Assembly: GCA_963796285.1 (NCBI GenBank)
Contig: CAWCKW010000013.1
Coordinates: 128,001-192,000, forward strand
Reading direction: 5' to 3'
DNA from: Nitrospirota bacterium
GTDB lineage: Bacteria; Nitrospirota; UBA9217
Length of the DNA stretch: 64,000 nt
Position numbers and translations under genes: made by a program. The number at the start of each line of letters is the position of its first letter. The stretch's first letter is position 1. The notes under the pieces are model-generated. The model did no database searches, was not told the DNA's origin, and was given only the letters and a program-made list of their open reading frames with translations. This document shows, piece after piece, positions 1-9,303 of this stretch.

Positions 1-286
1 TGATCAGCAGGAGTTCGAGCACCATCCGCCGCGCCTCAATGAGCGCCGGGCTTGTCGTTCTGACGACCATATTATCAGTGGCCGGCGTGGTGCAGGACGG
101 CGTGAACTTGCGGGGGGTTCCCTCCACCTCAACCAGGCAGATCCTGCAGGCGCCGAAGGGATGCAATTTATTGTCCTGGCACAAGGTCGGCACCCGTGAT
201 CCCGCCGCGTTAGCAGCGTCAAGGATGGTGGACCCGTGGGGCACCTCGACCTTCTTTCCATCAACCGTAACCGTCATTTTCAACAT
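1..286 (-). CDS. NuoG/HydA/FdhA-like Fe-S subunit, N-terminal [2Fe-2S] domain (partial, runs off window)
   Basis: Not in the ORF track. Manual translation from ATG at 286: MLKMTVTVDGKKVEVPHGSTILDAANAAGSRVPTLCQDNKLHPFGACRICLVEVEGTPRKFTPSCTTPATDNMVVRT...ARRMVLELLLI. The PTLC / GACRxCLV / SC pattern is typical of this family, and it follows the NuoF-like gene. Confidence 0.85.
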   Translation of the reverse strand, partial: MLKMTVTVDGKKVEVPHGSTILDAANAAGSRVPTLCQDNKLHPFGACRICLVEVEGTPRKFTPSCTTPATDNMVVRTTSPALIEARRMVLELLLI

Positions 287-307
287 AGTTTTTACCTTAA
301 ACCTTTT

Positions 308-381
308 TACCACAGAGATCACAGAGATTTGAACCTGACGTGTCAAATCTTTCCTGTTTCTTCTCTGCGTCCTCTGTGGTG
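308..381. repeat. Palindromic element with 9-nt-unit arms
   Basis: Left arm accacagag-atcacagag; right arm ctctgcgtc-ctctgtggt. Fills the gap between the NuoF-like and NuoG-like genes. Confidence 0.7.
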
Positions 382-393
382 AAGATTTTATTC

Positions 394-2187
394 TTAATCG
401 ATCGACCAGAACCTGCATGCCTTGATGCAGGATTTGCACTTCGTGCACTTTTCCGGATCGATATAGGCTACCTGTCCCTTTTCCCAAATAAGCGCCCCGG
501 TCGGGCAGGCCTTAAAGCACTGACCGCATTTCTTACACTTGTCCTTGTCCACCACGAACTTGACGAGGGGAGTACAGACCCTGGCCGGACAGCGGTGCTC
601 CTTGATGTGCGCCTCGTATTCGTCGCGGAAATACTTTATCGTGGTGAGCACCGGGTTGGGCGACGTCTGGCCCAGGCCGCAGAGCGAGGTGTCTTTGATC
701 TGCTGCGAAAGCTCGAGCAGGAGCTCGATATCGCCCTCGCGGCCTTCGCCGTTCGTGATGCGCTGCAGAATGGTAAGAAGCGTTTTGTTGCCGATGCGGC
801 AGGGAACGCACTTGCCGCAGGACTCGTCTTCCGTGAACTCGAGAAAGAACTTTGCCATGGCCGGCATGCAGGTCGTTTCATCCATCACCACCATGCCGCC
901 GGAACCCATGATCGCGCCGGTTTTGTTGATATTCTCGAAGTCCACGGGCGTGTCGATCAGGGTATGAGGGATACAGCCGCCCGAAGGTCCTCCCATCTGC
1001 ACGGCCTTGAACTTTCGGTTGTTTTTGATTCCGCCGCCGATTTCAAAGATGATGGTCTTGAGCGGAGTGCCCATCGGCACCTCGACGAGGCCGATATTGT
1101 TAAGCGCGCCCGAGAGCGCGAACACCTTGGTCCCTTTGCTCTTTTCGGATCCGAGGCTCGAAAACCAGTCCGCGCCGTTCAGGATGATCGGCGGCACATT
1201 CGCAAAGGTCTCCACATTGTTCAGCACCGAGGGACGCATCCACAAGCCCTTGACCGCGGGAAACGGCGGTTTGGCCCGGGGCATGCCGCGCTTGCCCTCG
1301 ATGGACGCCATGAGGGCCGTCTCCTCGCCGCACACGAAAGCGCCCGCCCCCTGATAGATCTCGATATCGAGGTCGAACCCCGTGCCGAGGATATCGTTGC
1401 CCAGCAGCCCGTTCTCCTTGGCCTGATCAATGGCTATCTGGAGACGGTGCACGGCAAGCGGATACTCCGCGCGCACATAGATATAGCCATAGTGGGCGTT
1501 GATGCCTTTGGCCGCGATGATCATTCCCTCGAGCACCGAGTGGGGATCCGCCTCCATGACACTCCGGTCCATGAATGCGCCGGGGTCGCCCTCGTCGCCG
1601 TTGCACAGAATATACTTGATATCGCCCTGTACCCGGGCGCAAAGCTCCCACTTGAGGCCCGTGAGGAACCCGGCGCCGCCGCGTCCGCGCAGTCCCGAAC
1701 TCTTCACCGTGCTCACGATCTGCTCGGGCGTCATTTCGGTCAGCGCTTTGGCTGCGGCCATGTAGCCGTCGCGGGCAATATACTCCTCGATCTTCTCCGC
1801 ATCAATGAGACTCCGATTGCGAAGCGCCCGCAGCACCTGGTGCTTGAAGAACGGGATATCGTTCATCACGGGGATCGTGTTTTTCGCCGCTGGCGGCGTG
1901 TAGAGGAACTTCTCGACCGGCCTCCCCTTGATGAAGTGCTCCTCCACGAGGAACGACACATCCTCGGGCTTCACCAGCTGGTAGAAGATGTCCTCGGGGT
2001 ATACCACCATGACCGGGCCCTTGGCGCAGAATCCGTTGCACCCCGTCAGCACGATCTTGACCTCGTTCTGGAGGTTACGCTTGATGAGCTCGGTCTCGAG
2101 GGCGTCCTTGACCTTGAGCGATCCGTTCGCCACGCAACCCGTACCGGCGCAGATCATTATGTTAGAACGGTATGTCGTCGTTTCCAC
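394..2187 (-). CDS. nuoF: NADH-binding flavoprotein subunit, NuoF/HydB/HndC-type (extra N-terminal [2Fe-2S] and C-terminal 2x[4Fe-4S])
   Basis: SGLRGRGGAGF, NGDEGDPGAFMDR, GAGAFVCGEETAL, GGPSGG, ESCGKCVPCR, SLCGLG. N-terminal CAGTGC...GCNGFC; C-terminal CKKCGQC...CP and CTKCKSC...C. Confidence 0.95.
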   Translation of the reverse strand: METTTYRSNIMICAGTGCVANGSLKVKDALETELIKRNLQNEVKIVLTGCNGFCAKGPVMVVYPEDIFYQLVKPEDVSFLVEEHFIKGRPVEKFLYTPPAAKNTIPVMNDIPFFKHQVLRALRNRSLIDAEKIEEYIARDGYMAAAKALTEMTPEQIVSTVKSSGLRGRGGAGFLTGLKWELCARVQGDIKYILCNGDEGDPGAFMDRSVMEADPHSVLEGMIIAAKGINAHYGYIYVRAEYPLAVHRLQIAIDQAKENGLLGNDILGTGFDLDIEIYQGAGAFVCGEETALMASIEGKRGMPRAKPPFPAVKGLWMRPSVLNNVETFANVPPIILNGADWFSSLGSEKSKGTKVFALSGALNNIGLVEVPMGTPLKTIIFEIGGGIKNNRKFKAVQMGGPSGGCIPHTLIDTPVDFENINKTGAIMGSGGMVVMDETTCMPAMAKFFLEFTEDESCGKCVPCRIGNKTLLTILQRITNGEGREGDIELLLELSQQIKDTSLCGLGQTSPNPVLTTIKYFRDEYEAHIKEHRCPARVCTPLVKFVVDKDKCKKCGQCFKACPTGALIWEKGQVAYIDPEKCTKCKSCIKACRFWSID

Positions 2188-2208
2188 GGTTATTTACTCC
2201 GTAAATAT

Positions 2209-2302
2209 ATTGGAAATTGAAGATTGGAAATTTTAAATTTTAAAGAAGAACATACTGTTTTTTAATCTACAATATTCAATCTACAATTTCCAATTTTCAA
2301 TT
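2209..2302. repeat. Palindromic element with 7-nt-unit arms
   Basis: Left attggaa-attgaag-attggaa-attttaa-attttaa; right aatctac-aatattc-aatctac-aatttcc-aattttc. AT-rich, inside a GC-rich operon. Confidence 0.75.
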
Positions 2303-2306
2303 CTTC

Positions 2307-2684
2307 TTAATACGTCGTCTCATGCCCGACAACCAGCGCGTACTCCGGCACCGGCTTGCCCCCTGCGATGTGTTCGGCAAAGATTTTTCGCATTTTCTCG
2401 TCCGTCAGCGAAATGTATTTCACCGGCGGCTCACCCGTGGTCTCGATGGTGGCCATGGGCTCCTTGCTGCAAAGGCCCGCGCAGCCTGATGTGGTGATCG
2501 CGACGTCCTTCAGGTTCGATTTGGCAAGCTCTTCCATGATCGTGTTCATGATTCCCCTGGCGCCCGCGGCGATCCCGCAGGTCCCCATGTGCACCGTGAC
2601 CCTGACGCGGAACCCACCCTCGCGAAGTCCCTGGTGGTAATCTTCCTTGATCTTCTTTAAATCAGCGATCGTGAGTTTGGCCAT
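2307..2684 (-). CDS. Thioredoxin-like (2Fe-2S) ferredoxin, HndB/HydD-like subunit
   Basis: VHMGTCGIAAGA...SGCAGLCSKEP; lies between the NuoE-like and NuoF-like genes as hndB does. Confidence 0.9.
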   Translation of the reverse strand: MAKLTIADLKKIKEDYHQGLREGGFRVRVTVHMGTCGIAAGARGIMNTIMEELAKSNLKDVAITTSGCAGLCSKEPMATIETTGEPPVKYISLTDEKMRKIFAEHIAGGKPVPEYALVVGHETTY

Positions 2685-2769
2685 AGTTCATCACTCCGTG
2701 AATTGTAAGATACGACATGACACCGGCTGGTGCGTGTGTATTTTGCGCTTTGTAATTTGCGTTGTGGTC

Positions 2770-3279
2770 CTACTCATACTTCTTGACAATGTCCATCACC
2801 TTCGTGGCGGCAACATCTCCGTAGGTGTCCTGGCCGATAACGACGACCGGCGCGAGACCGCACGCGCCAAGGCACCTCACGGCCTCGAGGGAATACCTCT
2901 TGTCCCGCGTTACTTCGCCGACCTCCAGATCGAGTTCGTCCTTGATCTTATTGAGGATCTCCTCGCTCCGTTTCACATAGCAGGCCGTGCCGAGACAGAC
3001 CCGGATCACGTGCTTGCCGCGCGGCACGAGCGTGAAGAACGAGTAAAAGGTCGCGACGCCGTAGACCACGCTCGGCGACATATTGAGACCCCGGGCAACG
3101 TATCGCTGCACCGCAGGGGGGAGATAACCGCATACTTCCTGTGCCTGCTGGAGCACGGGGATGAGAGAACCGGGTTTGTCCTTATACTTAGCGACGATCG
3201 CGTCGATCCTCAGGAACATGGCCGGCGTTATGACCTCATTGTTTGTCGCAGTCTGCTGTGCAACCGCTTCGCTACTCAT
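2770..3279 (-). CDS. nuoE: NuoE/HydC/HndA [2Fe-2S] subunit
   Basis: LIPVLQQAQ...GYLP, GVATFYSFF, VCLGTACYV, RCLGACGLAP. Confidence 0.93.
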   Translation of the reverse strand: MSSEAVAQQTATNNEVITPAMFLRIDAIVAKYKDKPGSLIPVLQQAQEVCGYLPPAVQRYVARGLNMSPSVVYGVATFYSFFTLVPRGKHVIRVCLGTACYVKRSEEILNKIKDELDLEVGEVTRDKRYSLEAVRCLGACGLAPVVVIGQDTYGDVAATKVMDIVKKYE

Positions 3280-3305
3280 CGTTTACCTCTTGGCAATGTG
3301 AAATG

Positions 3306-3842
3306 TCACTCTTCAAACCGGGTCTGCTCCCTGAACATGCCCCTGATCGCATCAAGCACCGCCGGAGCATTGATCGGCACCTCTTCAAGGTCGTTTTTGA
3401 TCTCCCGTGTGTCGAGCCGGAAGACCCTGTCGCCCTCCCGTGCCTCATACACAACATCAAGATCGGGGTGTCCAGCGATCAGAGTGAGCACCGTATCTGC
3501 CATGCTGCCGATCGCCGGCCGGTCCACATGGCTCCATCGAAAAATTACTGCGACCTTTGTTCCCTTGCCCGGAGCGGAATCCACGGTTACCTTCCCGCCT
3601 GCCTGCTCCGCCGCCTGGGACAGGAGCGGTATCCCCAGTCCCGTCTTTTTGTGTTTGGTGGTGAAAAAAGGGTCCCGGACCTTTGCAAGCGTCTCGGCAT
3701 CCATCCCCCTGCCGTCGTCAATCACTTCAACGCGGATACGGTCGTGCTCCACGTCCCTTGTGATAATGATCGATATCGTCTTCGCATCAGCGCGGACCGC
3801 GTTCTCGGCTATATCAAGGATATGCAGCGAGATATCTTCCAC
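3306..3842 (-). CDS. Stand-alone histidine-kinase-like ATPase (HATPase_c)
   Basis: Likely GTG start (MEDISLHILDIAENAVRADA). Has N box, DDGRGM, DPFFTTK, GLGIP and GKGT motifs, with no sensor or obvious HisKA domain. Confidence 0.85.
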   Translation of the reverse strand: MEDISLHILDIAENAVRADAKTISIIITRDVEHDRIRVEVIDDGRGMDAETLAKVRDPFFTTKHKKTGLGIPLLSQAAEQAGGKVTVDSAPGKGTKVAVIFRWSHVDRPAIGSMADTVLTLIAGHPDLDVVYEAREGDRVFRLDTREIKNDLEEVPINAPAVLDAIRGMFREQTRFEE

Positions 3843-3846
3843 GGCC

Positions 3847-4593
3847 TCAGCAGACCGCCTTCCTGCCGTCTCTGCCTGCCAGCGCTTTTTTGATCTCCGC
3901 CACGTTCCCGTCTTCGATCGTAAAGCACATGGTCCGTTTTCCGATGTCGCCGAGACCGTGAGCATCGGAACTGGTGATGATCGGATACTTCCCGCAGTCA
4001 GGGAACCGGATTGCCGCCTCGACCGCGGTCATATGCGCTGAGACCTCAAGGGCATCAAGAGCAAGCTGAGGCGGGACAAAGCCAAGCTGTCCAATGATGC
4101 TGAACGACTCTCGGTCCACATGCGCCGCGATCACCAGGCTTGCACCTTGTGCCGCGCGCGCCGCTTCAACGATTGCCGCGGCCGGCAGCGAGGTTGCCCC
4201 GATCAATAGCCGGTCGCAGAATCCGGTCACCCCGTCTTCGTCATCAGCGATCACCTGCTGGCCGAAGGCATGCTCATCATTCGTGCCCTGCTGGTGGCGG
4301 TAAATAAACCCCTGGAATTTCAGGAGATCGTCATCGTCATCAAAGAACACCAGGATGTGCGCTTCCTCGGAAGAGGTGACTTCCATCCCGCCCAGCACCA
4401 TCAGCCCGTTCCGCAAGCCCGCCTTTTTCACCGCAAGGACGTTTTCCGCCGAGTTGTGGTCACAAATACCGATCAGATCAAGGCCCTTCCCGAGGGCCGC
4501 ACTCACAACTTCACGGGGCGACATGTCCAGACCGGAGCACGGAGACAGGCAGGTATGCACATGCAGATCCGCCTTAATCCGCCTCAGCGCCAT
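3847..4593 (-). CDS. PHP-family metal-dependent phosphoesterase
   Basis: DLHVHTCLSPC, ICDHNS, GMEV, AHVDR, SSDAH motifs. Confidence 0.9.
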   Translation of the reverse strand: MALRRIKADLHVHTCLSPCSGLDMSPREVVSAALGKGLDLIGICDHNSAENVLAVKKAGLRNGLMVLGGMEVTSSEEAHILVFFDDDDDLLKFQGFIYRHQQGTNDEHAFGQQVIADDEDGVTGFCDRLLIGATSLPAAAIVEAARAAQGASLVIAAHVDRESFSIIGQLGFVPPQLALDALEVSAHMTAVEAAIRFPDCGKYPIITSSDAHGLGDIGKRTMCFTIEDGNVAEIKKALAGRDGRKAVC

Positions 4594-4924
4594 GGATCCC
4601 TGCCTTGTATAATCTACCAACCAGCTCAAATGCCGACAGACTGCTCACCAGGACTGGGATGCCCTCTTCCTCAGCCTTGGCAATGGTGTCCTTTTCGGGC
4701 TGCCGTCCCTGGACCAGGATAATGCCCGCCAAGTCCTTGTGCGACGCCACTGCCACGATATTCTGATGAATGTGGAGCGTTACCCAGAGAGTCCCCTCGT
4801 CTGCATGGGCCAGGACATCCGACAGGAGGTCGCTCACGTAACCGCTGCTCACCTCACGGTCAAGGTTTTTGGCGCCGGTTTTTACTTCCAGATCGAATTC
4901 CTTTACAAGGTCACTCAAGGTCAT
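4574..4924 (-). CDS. DRTGG-domain protein (HPr kinase N-terminal-like)
   Basis: GYVSDLLSDVL...LWVT...NIVAVA...GIILVQGRQP...AEEEGIPVL. Confidence 0.85.
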   Translation of the reverse strand: MTLSDLVKEFDLEVKTGAKNLDREVSSGYVSDLLSDVLAHADEGTLWVTLHIHQNIVAVASHKDLAGIILVQGRQPEKDTIAKAEEEGIPVLVSSLSAFELVGRLYKAGIHGAEAD

Positions 4925-4937
4925 AATGGGTTCCCGA

Positions 4938-5891
4938 TCAGCTCGTATAATAGAACTGCATGGTCAGATGCGTTCCGTCGGGCACCGACGATCTCAGGTC
5001 CATCTCATCGGCGCATTTCTTTATGTTCACCAGCCCCATGCCTGCACCGAACCCCAGTTCCCGCACCCAGTCGGGGGCAGTGGAGTATCCCGGCTGCATG
5101 GCACGCTCGACGTCCGGGATTCCAGGACCATTGTCTGTCACTTCCACAATGATTCCCCACTTTTCCACCTGGGCCCGTATCACACCGCCCTTGGTGTACG
5201 AGGCAAGGTTGATCTCGGCCTCATAGGTGGCCACCCCGATTCGCCTGAGGAGCGGGGGACAGACACCCAGTTTTTTGAGTGCGTTCTTGAGCTCGCTCGC
5301 TGCCTTGCCTGCCTCCTTCAAAGTTTGGCCCGCAACGTTGAACTTGAAAATGAAGCTGACCTCGTCAGCGGTTACGTCCTCAAAGAACTTCCGCATCGTG
5401 GGCCGATGACGCGCCAAGGCAGCCTTCGACTCGGTCTGTTCGTATTCGATCTCAAGCTTCCTGAGCAGTCCTTCGACGATGCTCCCCTTTGTAATGATGC
5501 CGACCAGCTCTTCCTGACGATTCAATACGGGGTATCGCTTAAACCCGTATTTGGAAAACTTCGCGATACAGTGAACGAGCAGTTCGTCGGCGTACAGGCA
5601 CTCAACCTTCGTCTTCATCTTGTCCCGGATGAGGGCGTTGATGTCATTATTACTGAGGGCATTGATCAGGTCCGCTATGCTGACCATGCCAACAAGCTTC
5701 CCGTTCTCGACGACCGGCGTTCCGGAGATGCGGTTGGCCTTCAGGAGGATACTGAGCTCAGACATGGTCTGGTCCGGCCTTACGGTAACGACCGTGGCGG
5801 ACATGACCTCGCCGACCGTGATCTCATAGACCATCTCCTGGGTCTTGGTCACCCGGTCCGTCGCTGCCTGCTCTTTTTCTTGTTGTTCCAT
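4938..5891 (-). CDS. CBS-pair + RsbT/anti-sigma-type Ser/Thr kinase fusion
   Basis: N-terminal tandem CBS (ISGTPVV, KRYPVL...VGIITKG). C-terminal IGVATYEAEIN, DNGPGIPDVERAMQPGYST, GFGAGMGLVNIKKCAD. Confidence 0.9.
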   Translation of the reverse strand: MEQQEKEQAATDRVTKTQEMVYEITVGEVMSATVVTVRPDQTMSELSILLKANRISGTPVVENGKLVGMVSIADLINALSNNDINALIRDKMKTKVECLYADELLVHCIAKFSKYGFKRYPVLNRQEELVGIITKGSIVEGLLRKLEIEYEQTESKAALARHRPTMRKFFEDVTADEVSFIFKFNVAGQTLKEAGKAASELKNALKKLGVCPPLLRRIGVATYEAEINLASYTKGGVIRAQVEKWGIIVEVTDNGPGIPDVERAMQPGYSTAPDWVRELGFGAGMGLVNIKKCADEMDLRSSVPDGTHLTMQFYYTS

Positions 5892-5895
5892 CCGT

Positions 5896-6252
5896 CTAAT
5901 GCCGCTCGGCCACTCCTCTAAGTCCTTTCAAGTACAGTATGCCGCAGGCCTCGAACATCGTGAGCTTCGTCACGAACAGGGGGATGTCCTTCTGTTTTGC
6001 CAGCGCCACAGTGTCAGCATCCGGCTGCTTGCCGCGCACGACGCAGACCGCCTGGATATCAGCGATGTCGGCCGTCCGTACCGCCTGGGGGTTGGTGAGT
6101 CCCGTGATCAGAATGCCGTTTGCGTGAGTGCGGCCGAGCACGTCGCTCATGAGGTCGGCGCTGAAGCAGTGCTCCACCTCGATCTCATCGATAAGGCCGT
6201 TCCCGGCAAGGACCTGCGCGCCCAAGAGATTCACAATCTCTCTCAAATTCAT
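5896..6252 (-). CDS. DRTGG-domain protein
   Basis: MNLREIVNLL...FSADLMSDVL...LITGLTNPQAVRTADIAD...VRGKQP. Confidence 0.85.
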   Translation of the reverse strand: MNLREIVNLLGAQVLAGNGLIDEIEVEHCFSADLMSDVLGRTHANGILITGLTNPQAVRTADIADIQAVCVVRGKQPDADTVALAKQKDIPLFVTKLTMFEACGILYLKGLRGVAERH

Positions 6253-6268
6253 CCGGCAACCCTCTCCT

Positions 6269-7463
6269 CTATCGGTCACACTCGCCGAGCACGATATCGA
6301 TCGTGCCGATGCAGGCGATAACATCCGCCATCATATGTCCGGTCACCATCTTCGGAAGGGCGCTCACATGCACATACGATGGCGCGCGGATCTTGATGCG
6401 GTACGGCCTGCCGCTGCCGTCGCTCACGATATAAAACCCGAGCTCGCCCTTCGGCGCTTCGGTGGCCACGTAGACTTCGCCCTTGGGCATGGGGACCCAC
6501 TTGCTCATGTACACGAACTGGTGCGCAAGGGACTGCATGTTCTGCATAACCTGTCGTCTTCTCCGGCATGGCGTAGCGCGGGTCATCGGTCGTGATGGGC
6601 CCCGGCTGCATCATGTCCAGACATTGTTTGATGATACGGTTGCTTTGGCGCATCTCGTTGATGCGCACGATGTACCGGTCGTACACGTCCCCGTTCTTCC
6701 CGAGCGGGACATCGAACTCCACCTTGTCATACGCAGCATAGGGCTCTACCTTGCGCAGGTCGTAGTTCACTCCCGAGCCGCGGAGCGTGCCGCCGGTCAG
6801 ACCGTAGTTGACCGCGTCCTCGGCCGAGAACACGCCGATACCCACTGTCCGCTTGAGCCAGATCCGGTTCTCCCGGATAAGCGTATCGTAATCCTCGAGC
6901 CGCTTGGGGAACACTTCGGTGAACTCGCGGCACTTATCGATAAAATCGCGCGGCACGTCGTTCCGCAGACCGCCGATGCGGACATAACTTACGGTCTGTC
7001 GCGCTCCCGTCACCATCTCCGTCAGATCGAGGATGAGTTCCCGTTCCCGCAGCGTGTACATGCAGACCGTCATGGCGCCGATATCAAGGGCGTGGGTACC
7101 GAGCCACACTAGGTGCCCGGAAAGCCTCGTGAGCTCGGCCATCAGCGTCCTGATGAACTGCGCCCGCTCCGGCACGGTGATGCCGGCGAGCTTCTCCACG
7201 GCCACGACGTAGCCCAGGTTGTTGTTCATGCAGGTGATATATTCCAGCCGGTCCGTCATGGGGATGATCTGGTGGTAGGTGCGGCTCTCCATCCACTTTT
7301 CGATCCCGCGGTGAAGATACCCGGGACGCGGGTCACAGCCCACCACGGTCTCGCCCTGCAGATCGAGCACCAGGCGCAGCACGCCGTGGGTGGCCGGATG
7401 CTGGGGACCCATGTTGAGGGTAATTTCTTTTTGCACTATCTCTTTAGTCTCGGTAACGGACAT
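6269..7463 (-). CDS. nuoD: NADH-quinone oxidoreductase subunit D (one frameshift near 6558)
   Basis: [26 protein letters not shown]. The C-terminus in the second frame is EAPKGELG...[10 protein letters not shown]...DIVLGECDR. No Ni-binding CxxC motifs. Confidence 0.95.
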
Positions 7464-7476
7464 ATGTTCACCATGT

Positions 7477-7573
7477 AATGTCAAATGTCAAAACCCAAAG
7501 TTCAATTCAAACTTCAAACAGCAAGGCCACATGTTAAAATATTTTGACCTTTGAATTTTAAACTTTGAATTTT
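7477..7573. repeat. Palindromic element with 7-nt-unit arms
   Basis: Left aatgtca-aatgtca-aaaccca-aagttca; right ttttgac-ctttgaa-ttttaaa-ctttgaa. Between nuoC and nuoD. Confidence 0.7.
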
Positions 7574-7575
7574 CT

Positions 7576-8046
7576 TCAGTAGCCTTTCAGCGGATATTCC
7601 TTCCGGAGAGGATACCCTTCCCAGTCCTCGGGCAGGAGGATCCTGCGGAGGTCCGGATGACCGTCGAATTTTATTCCCATAAGGTCATAGGTCTCTCGCT
7701 CATGCCAGTTCGCTGTATGCCAGATCGCGGAGACCGTGTCTATTCGCGGGTCCTCTTCCGGTACTCTGACCTTCAAGCGAATACGATGGTGGAATGTGAT
7801 CGAGATCATATTGTACACGACCTCGAACCGCGGTCCGCTGTCGCCGGGGTAAGTTGAAAAATCGACTGCCGTAAGATCGGCCAGATGGTCCATCCTGACC
7901 AACGGTTCGTCGCGGAGGTAGAGGCAGATGTCCCGGATCATGTCCTTTTTGAGGGACACTCCCACCTGCCCCGCATGGGTCGTCGTGCCGAGTACCTGGC
8001 CGGGAAAGTTTTCTTCTATCATTTTGGCGATCTGCAAGGGGTCCAT
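7576..8046 (-). CDS. nuoC: NADH-quinone oxidoreductase subunit C
   Basis: RFEVVYN, ANWHERETYDLMGIKFDGHPDLRRILLPEDWEGYPLRKEYP. Confidence 0.95.
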   Translation of the reverse strand: MDPLQIAKMIEENFPGQVLGTTTHAGQVGVSLKKDMIRDICLYLRDEPLVRMDHLADLTAVDFSTYPGDSGPRFEVVYNMISITFHHRIRLKVRVPEEDPRIDTVSAIWHTANWHERETYDLMGIKFDGHPDLRRILLPEDWEGYPLRKEYPLKGY

Positions 8047-8167
8047 ACAACCTCGTATCGTACTGATCTCTACCCAAGGCTCCGGGGCAAAGCGGCCTGG
8101 TATTCGGAGTCTCTGTGGCCTGCTGCAGGAGATTGGGTATCGTCTGTGTTGATCTTGTGTGCAGGAT

Positions 8168-8647
8168 CTACTTCCGGATGTAATGCTCAGCTCTGATCTT
8201 TTCCTGAAGCTTCATGATGCCGAACATGAGGGCCTCCGGCCGCGGCGGACAGCCGGGGATATACACGTCTACCGGGACAATATTATCTACCCCCTGGACC
8301 ACGCTGTAGGTGTTGAAGATCCCGCCGGAACCGGCGCAACTGCCCATGGCAATGACATACCGCGGCTCTGGCATCTGGTCGTACACACGGCGCACGATCG
8401 GGGCCATCTTTTTAGTCAAGGTTCCGGCGACGAGCAGAAGGTCTGACTGCCTTGGTGACGGTCGAGGCACCGTGCCGAACCGGTCGAAATCATGCTGCGG
8501 AGCGGAGTAGTACTGGATCATCTCGATGGCGCAGCATGCGAGACCGAACGTCATGGGCCAGATGGAGTAGGAACGCGCAAGGTTTAAAAGCTCATCGAGC
8601 TTCGTGGTGATGTACCCCTCTTCGAAGGCGTTCTGGATTATTCCCAT
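8168..8647 (-). CDS. nuoB: NADH-quinone oxidoreductase subunit B
   Basis: [44 protein letters not shown]. Confidence 0.96.
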   Translation of the reverse strand: MGIIQNAFEEGYITTKLDELLNLARSYSIWPMTFGLACCAIEMIQYYSAPQHDFDRFGTVPRPSPRQSDLLLVAGTLTKKMAPIVRRVYDQMPEPRYVIAMGSCAGSGGIFNTYSVVQGVDNIVPVDVYIPGCPPRPEALMFGIMKLQEKIRAEHYIRK

Positions 8648-9012
8648 TCAAGGGCCCCCTTCTTCCACGCATAAAGATACCCAACGAGCAGGATGGCGAT
8701 GAAGACCACCATTTCCACGAAACCGTACAGGCCAATGTAGTCATAGGCTACGGCCCAGGGATAGAGAAACACGGATTCGATGTCGAATATGAGGAACAGC
8801 ATGGCGATGATGTAGTAACGGATAGAGAACTTCTGATGGGCGTCCATGAAGGGCGTGATGCCGGACTCGTAGGTCAGCAGCTTTTCGGGATAGGGGTTCC
8901 GCGGCCGGAGGACCCAGCTGAAGACAAGCATCCCGATGCCGACGGCGGAGCCGAGCAGCAAAAAAACGATCACGGGCAGAAAGTGGTCCGGAAGATAGGT
9001 ACTTGGTGTCAT
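8638..9012 (-). CDS. nuoA: NADH-quinone oxidoreductase subunit A
   Basis: [34 protein letters not shown]. Confidence 0.96.
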   Translation of the reverse strand: MTPSTYLPDHFLPVIVFLLLGSAVGIGMLVFSWVLRPRNPYPEKLLTYESGITPFMDAHQKFSIRYYIIAMLFLIFDIESVFLYPWAVAYDYIGLYGFVEMVVFIAILLVGYLYAWKKGALEWE

Positions 9013-9067
9013 ACACTAAACTCCCTGCTATTAAATTTTGGATTAGCAGAACTTCTAAAACGGGCTC

Positions 9068-9096
9068 ATGATAAGCCATGCAAAAAAATTTGTCAA
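9068..9096 (-). promoter_or_regulatory. sigma70-type promoter of the nuo operon
   Basis: Minus strand reads TTGACA-17 nt-TATCAT, ~55 nt upstream of the nuoA start. Confidence 0.7.
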
Positions 9097-9303
9097 GCAA
9101 AACATTTGCACAAAAAGTTGCTCGGTTCATACGAATCAAGTGTTGAGATTTCGCGGCCCGGGAAGCCCTTTCCCCTTGTTTTCAGGCGTTTGAAGCAGTA
9201 CAATAGCCTCCACTCGTGAGGTTCGCCAGAACCTATCCGCCTTCCCCCATGTTGCCCTTCACTCTTGAACAAGGAGATTTTTAATGTTACACATTAAACG
9301 TGA

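Noticed and set aside
340-2220. 626-aa plus-strand ORF and similar long antisense ORFs (e.g. 2647-4041, 4869-5921, 51819-52505)
   Set aside because: Shadow frames of well-supported genes on the opposite strand in GC-rich DNA; no family motifs.
6540-6570. Programmed frameshift or pseudogenisation of nuoD (likewise lemA, namZ, GATase)
   Set aside because: No slippery site, both halves are fully conserved, and indels are scattered through the window, so sequencing error is the simpler explanation.
6269-8647. Possible group 4 [NiFe]-hydrogenase (Ech-like) subunits
   Set aside because: The large subunit lacks both Ni-binding CxxC motifs and the small subunit has the NuoB-type adjacent CC; these are NuoD and NuoB.
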